IMG/VR virus record: IMGVR_UViG_3300042549_002286
Span: 1 to 26,184 of that record
Strand: one strand, 5' to 3'
Length of the DNA: 26,184 nucleotides
Source: a virus
Taxonomy: Duplodnaviria > Caudoviricetes
This document shows positions 24,554 through 26,184 of this stretch, piece by piece. The notes below the pieces were generated by a model. It was not told the DNA's origin and did no database searches. It was given only the letters and a program-made list of their open reading frames with translations. Position numbers and translations under genes: made by a program. How positions within the stretch are numbered: position 1 is the stretch's first letter; each line of letters begins with the position of its first letter.

Positions 24554-26184
24554 TTAACCTACAACTACGACTCTATATTGATCCGTTGTTGGTGCTGTAG
24601 AAAATCTAACCTTGACAGTATTAGCATCAAAATGTTCTACATCTGCTTCTACTTGTGCATAAGGGGTAGCATTTTCATATACATGAACAGTTACGTCTCT
24701 ACTTGAAAGATTGTGCTCTAGTGGGTATAGAACTGTTGTTCCATCTCCAACATCAAACGCCTTCTTTCTTACTCCATAACCATTTGCAGTATCAAATACT
24801 AATGCTCCGCTAGAGAATGTAAATCCAGCTCCATTATTAATTCCAACACCGCTGCCAGTTACTTCAAGACCGTCTGCTGTATTTAATTTTACTTCTACTG
24901 CTCCGCCTGTATTTGTAAGCGATGCGTTTGTAGAAGATGGTGTTACATCTACACTAAATTCAGTTCCAGTTAAAGTTAATCCAGAACCTGCGGTAAATGT
25001 TCCAGTTCCAGAGAACTGTGTAAATGTTAGAGGTGTTGTTCCTAAAGTGATTGGATTATCTGTTGTTAGAACCCAGCCAGTATTTCCGTATAAAGTTCCC
25101 TCTTCTACGAATGTGAAGAATCCTGCAGTTACTTCTGAGCTAATATTTGCGTCATCGGCTCTTGCTGCTGCTCCTGAAGATTGAACTACATAAAGACCAT
25201 TGTCTCCACCAGTTGTTTGGTGCTTAACCAATACTCTGTTACCAGCTACAAGTGTGATCCCATCGATTACGTCTCCAGCTTCTAGGGCTGTAGACAAATC
25301 TACGTTTGCTGTAGTAGAAACTCTAACTGATTGCTTAACATCTAAGCCTTGAGAAACTGAGTCAACATAAGCTTTATTAACTGCATCTGTTGAAGCAGTT
25401 GGTGTGGCTAAATTAATAATCTTATTACTATTAGCATCTAGGCTTGCAGATAAAGATGTGCTTGCCCCTAATGTTTTGTTTGTAAGTGTTTGTGTTCCAG
25501 AGTTTGTAGTAACAGTTGTATCAATATCAATTGATAGTGTCCCTGCTCCATCTGTATATGTAGCATCAATTCCTGTTCCGCCAAGAATGAGGGTAGATAC
25601 GATATCTTCTACACGCTCTGCGTTTAATGTTACGTTTCCAGTCGTTACTGTAAAGTCTGTTACATCGAATGACGCTACACCCTTATTAGATGAACTTGCA
25701 TCTTCTCCAGCCACTGTAATGGTTGTTCCACTGTGTGTTACATCCATTCCTTCTCCACCCAGAATTGAAATTCCGTGTGTTGAAGGGGTAAGAGCTCCAG
25801 AATTAGTTGTAATTGTTTTAACAACTGTGTCTTCTAGTTCTACATGCCCATCTGTTGTATTAAAGTCATCTGAATTAAATGATGCTACACCCTTATTGCT
25901 AGTAGAAGCATCTTCTCCAGCAATTGTAATTGTGTTGTCTGTTACAGTTGTATTGATTCCTTCGCCTGCGGCAAAAGTCAATGTATCTGTTAAAAGATTT
26001 ACTGTATCTGCTGTTCCAGATTCTGCAGCAATTGAGAGAACTGTTGCTACTGTTGCTGTTCCAGCGGCAGTCAAACGACCTTGAGCATCTACTGTAAATG
26101 TAGGAATTGCTGTTGAAGATCCATATGATCCTGCTGTTACTGCTGTATTATCTAAATCAATTGTTGTTGTTCCAGCTGTATCAT
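24554..26184 (-). CDS. Large fibre/structural protein with COG5301-like domain (5' end outside window)
   Basis: Frame stays open upstream of TTG 26074 to the window edge (..DLDNTAVTAGSYGSSTAIPTFTVDAQGRLTAAG); two AGEDAS.SNKGVASF repeats; GLDVKQSVRV..TAN...RVLVK.Q....NG.Y domain; C-terminal HNL..RDV.V.VY domain. Confidence 0.82.
   Translation of the reverse strand, partial: DTAGTTTIDLDNTAVTAGSYGSSTAIPTFTVDAQGRLTAAGTATVATVLSIAAESGTADTVNLLTDTLTFAAGEGINTTVTDNTITIAGEDASTSNKGVASFNSDDFNTTDGHVELEDTVVKTITTNSGALTPSTHGISILGGEGMDVTHSGTTITVAGEDASSSNKGVASFDVTDFTVTTGNVTLNAERVEDIVSTLILGGTGIDATYTDGAGTLSIDIDTTVTTNSGTQTLTNKTLGASTSLSASLDANSNKIINLATPTASTDAVNKAYVDSVSQGLDVKQSVRVSTTANVDLSTALEAGDVIDGITLVAGNRVLVKHQTTGGDNGLYVVQSSGAAARADDANISSEVTAGFFTFVEEGTLYGNTGWVLTTDNPITLGTTPLTFTQFSGTGTFTAGSGLTLTGTEFSVDVTPSSTNASLTNTGGAVEVKLNTADGLEVTGSGVGINNGAGFTFSSGALVFDTANGYGVRKKAFDVGDGTTVLYPLEHNLSSRDVTVHVYENATPYAQVEADVEHFDANTVKVRFSTAPTTDQYRVVVVG

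Larger units (their letters stand above)
1..26184 (-). mobile_element. Tailed bacteriophage genome segment (head module plus fibre/accessory structural module)
   Basis: Co-oriented, tightly packed genes with many TAATG/ATGA stop-start overlaps; portal, prohead protease and capsid in canonical order; no host housekeeping genes. Free phage versus prophage cannot be told from this window. Confidence 0.95.

Noticed and set aside
88-26084. All plus-strand ORFs (e.g. 634-1170, 8493-8870, 16208-16585, 25404-26084), including Pro-rich ones
   Set aside because: Antisense shadows of Gly/Thr/Ala-rich minus-strand genes (GGN read as NCC); fully overlapped, with no recognisable motifs.
1-26184. tRNA, rRNA, ncRNA genes and intrinsic terminators
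   Set aside because: Intergenic gaps are at most about 83 bp, and none shows a cloverleaf or a GC-rich hairpin with U-tract by eye.

Overview
This is a tailed-phage (Caudoviricetes) virion-morphogenesis region, with every credible gene on the minus strand. In transcription order it starts with about 20 kb of modular fibre/adaptor genes (26184 to about 6600). These include COG5301-like and Mtd-N fibre proteins, a C1q-like protein, three adaptors ending in a T4 gp9/gp10-like domain, six glycine-rich proteins (three with FN3-like domains) and four 'MAHFA'-type small partner domains. A LamG-like protein, portal, prohead protease-scaffold and the 5' part of the major capsid gene follow. The most striking feature is what looks like a self-contained sulfation pathway woven into the fibre operon. 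It comprises a 252-aa APS kinase fused to an HxGH nucleotidyltransferase (candidate miniature PAPS synthase), a DUF2061-like membrane protein and two sulfotransferases of different families. One sulfotransferase is fused to a fibre-partner domain and the other overlaps a paralogous partner gene, suggesting targeted sulfation of virion fibres. All family calls come from motif recognition by eye, not database searches. The low-GC actinobacterial host is only an inference.
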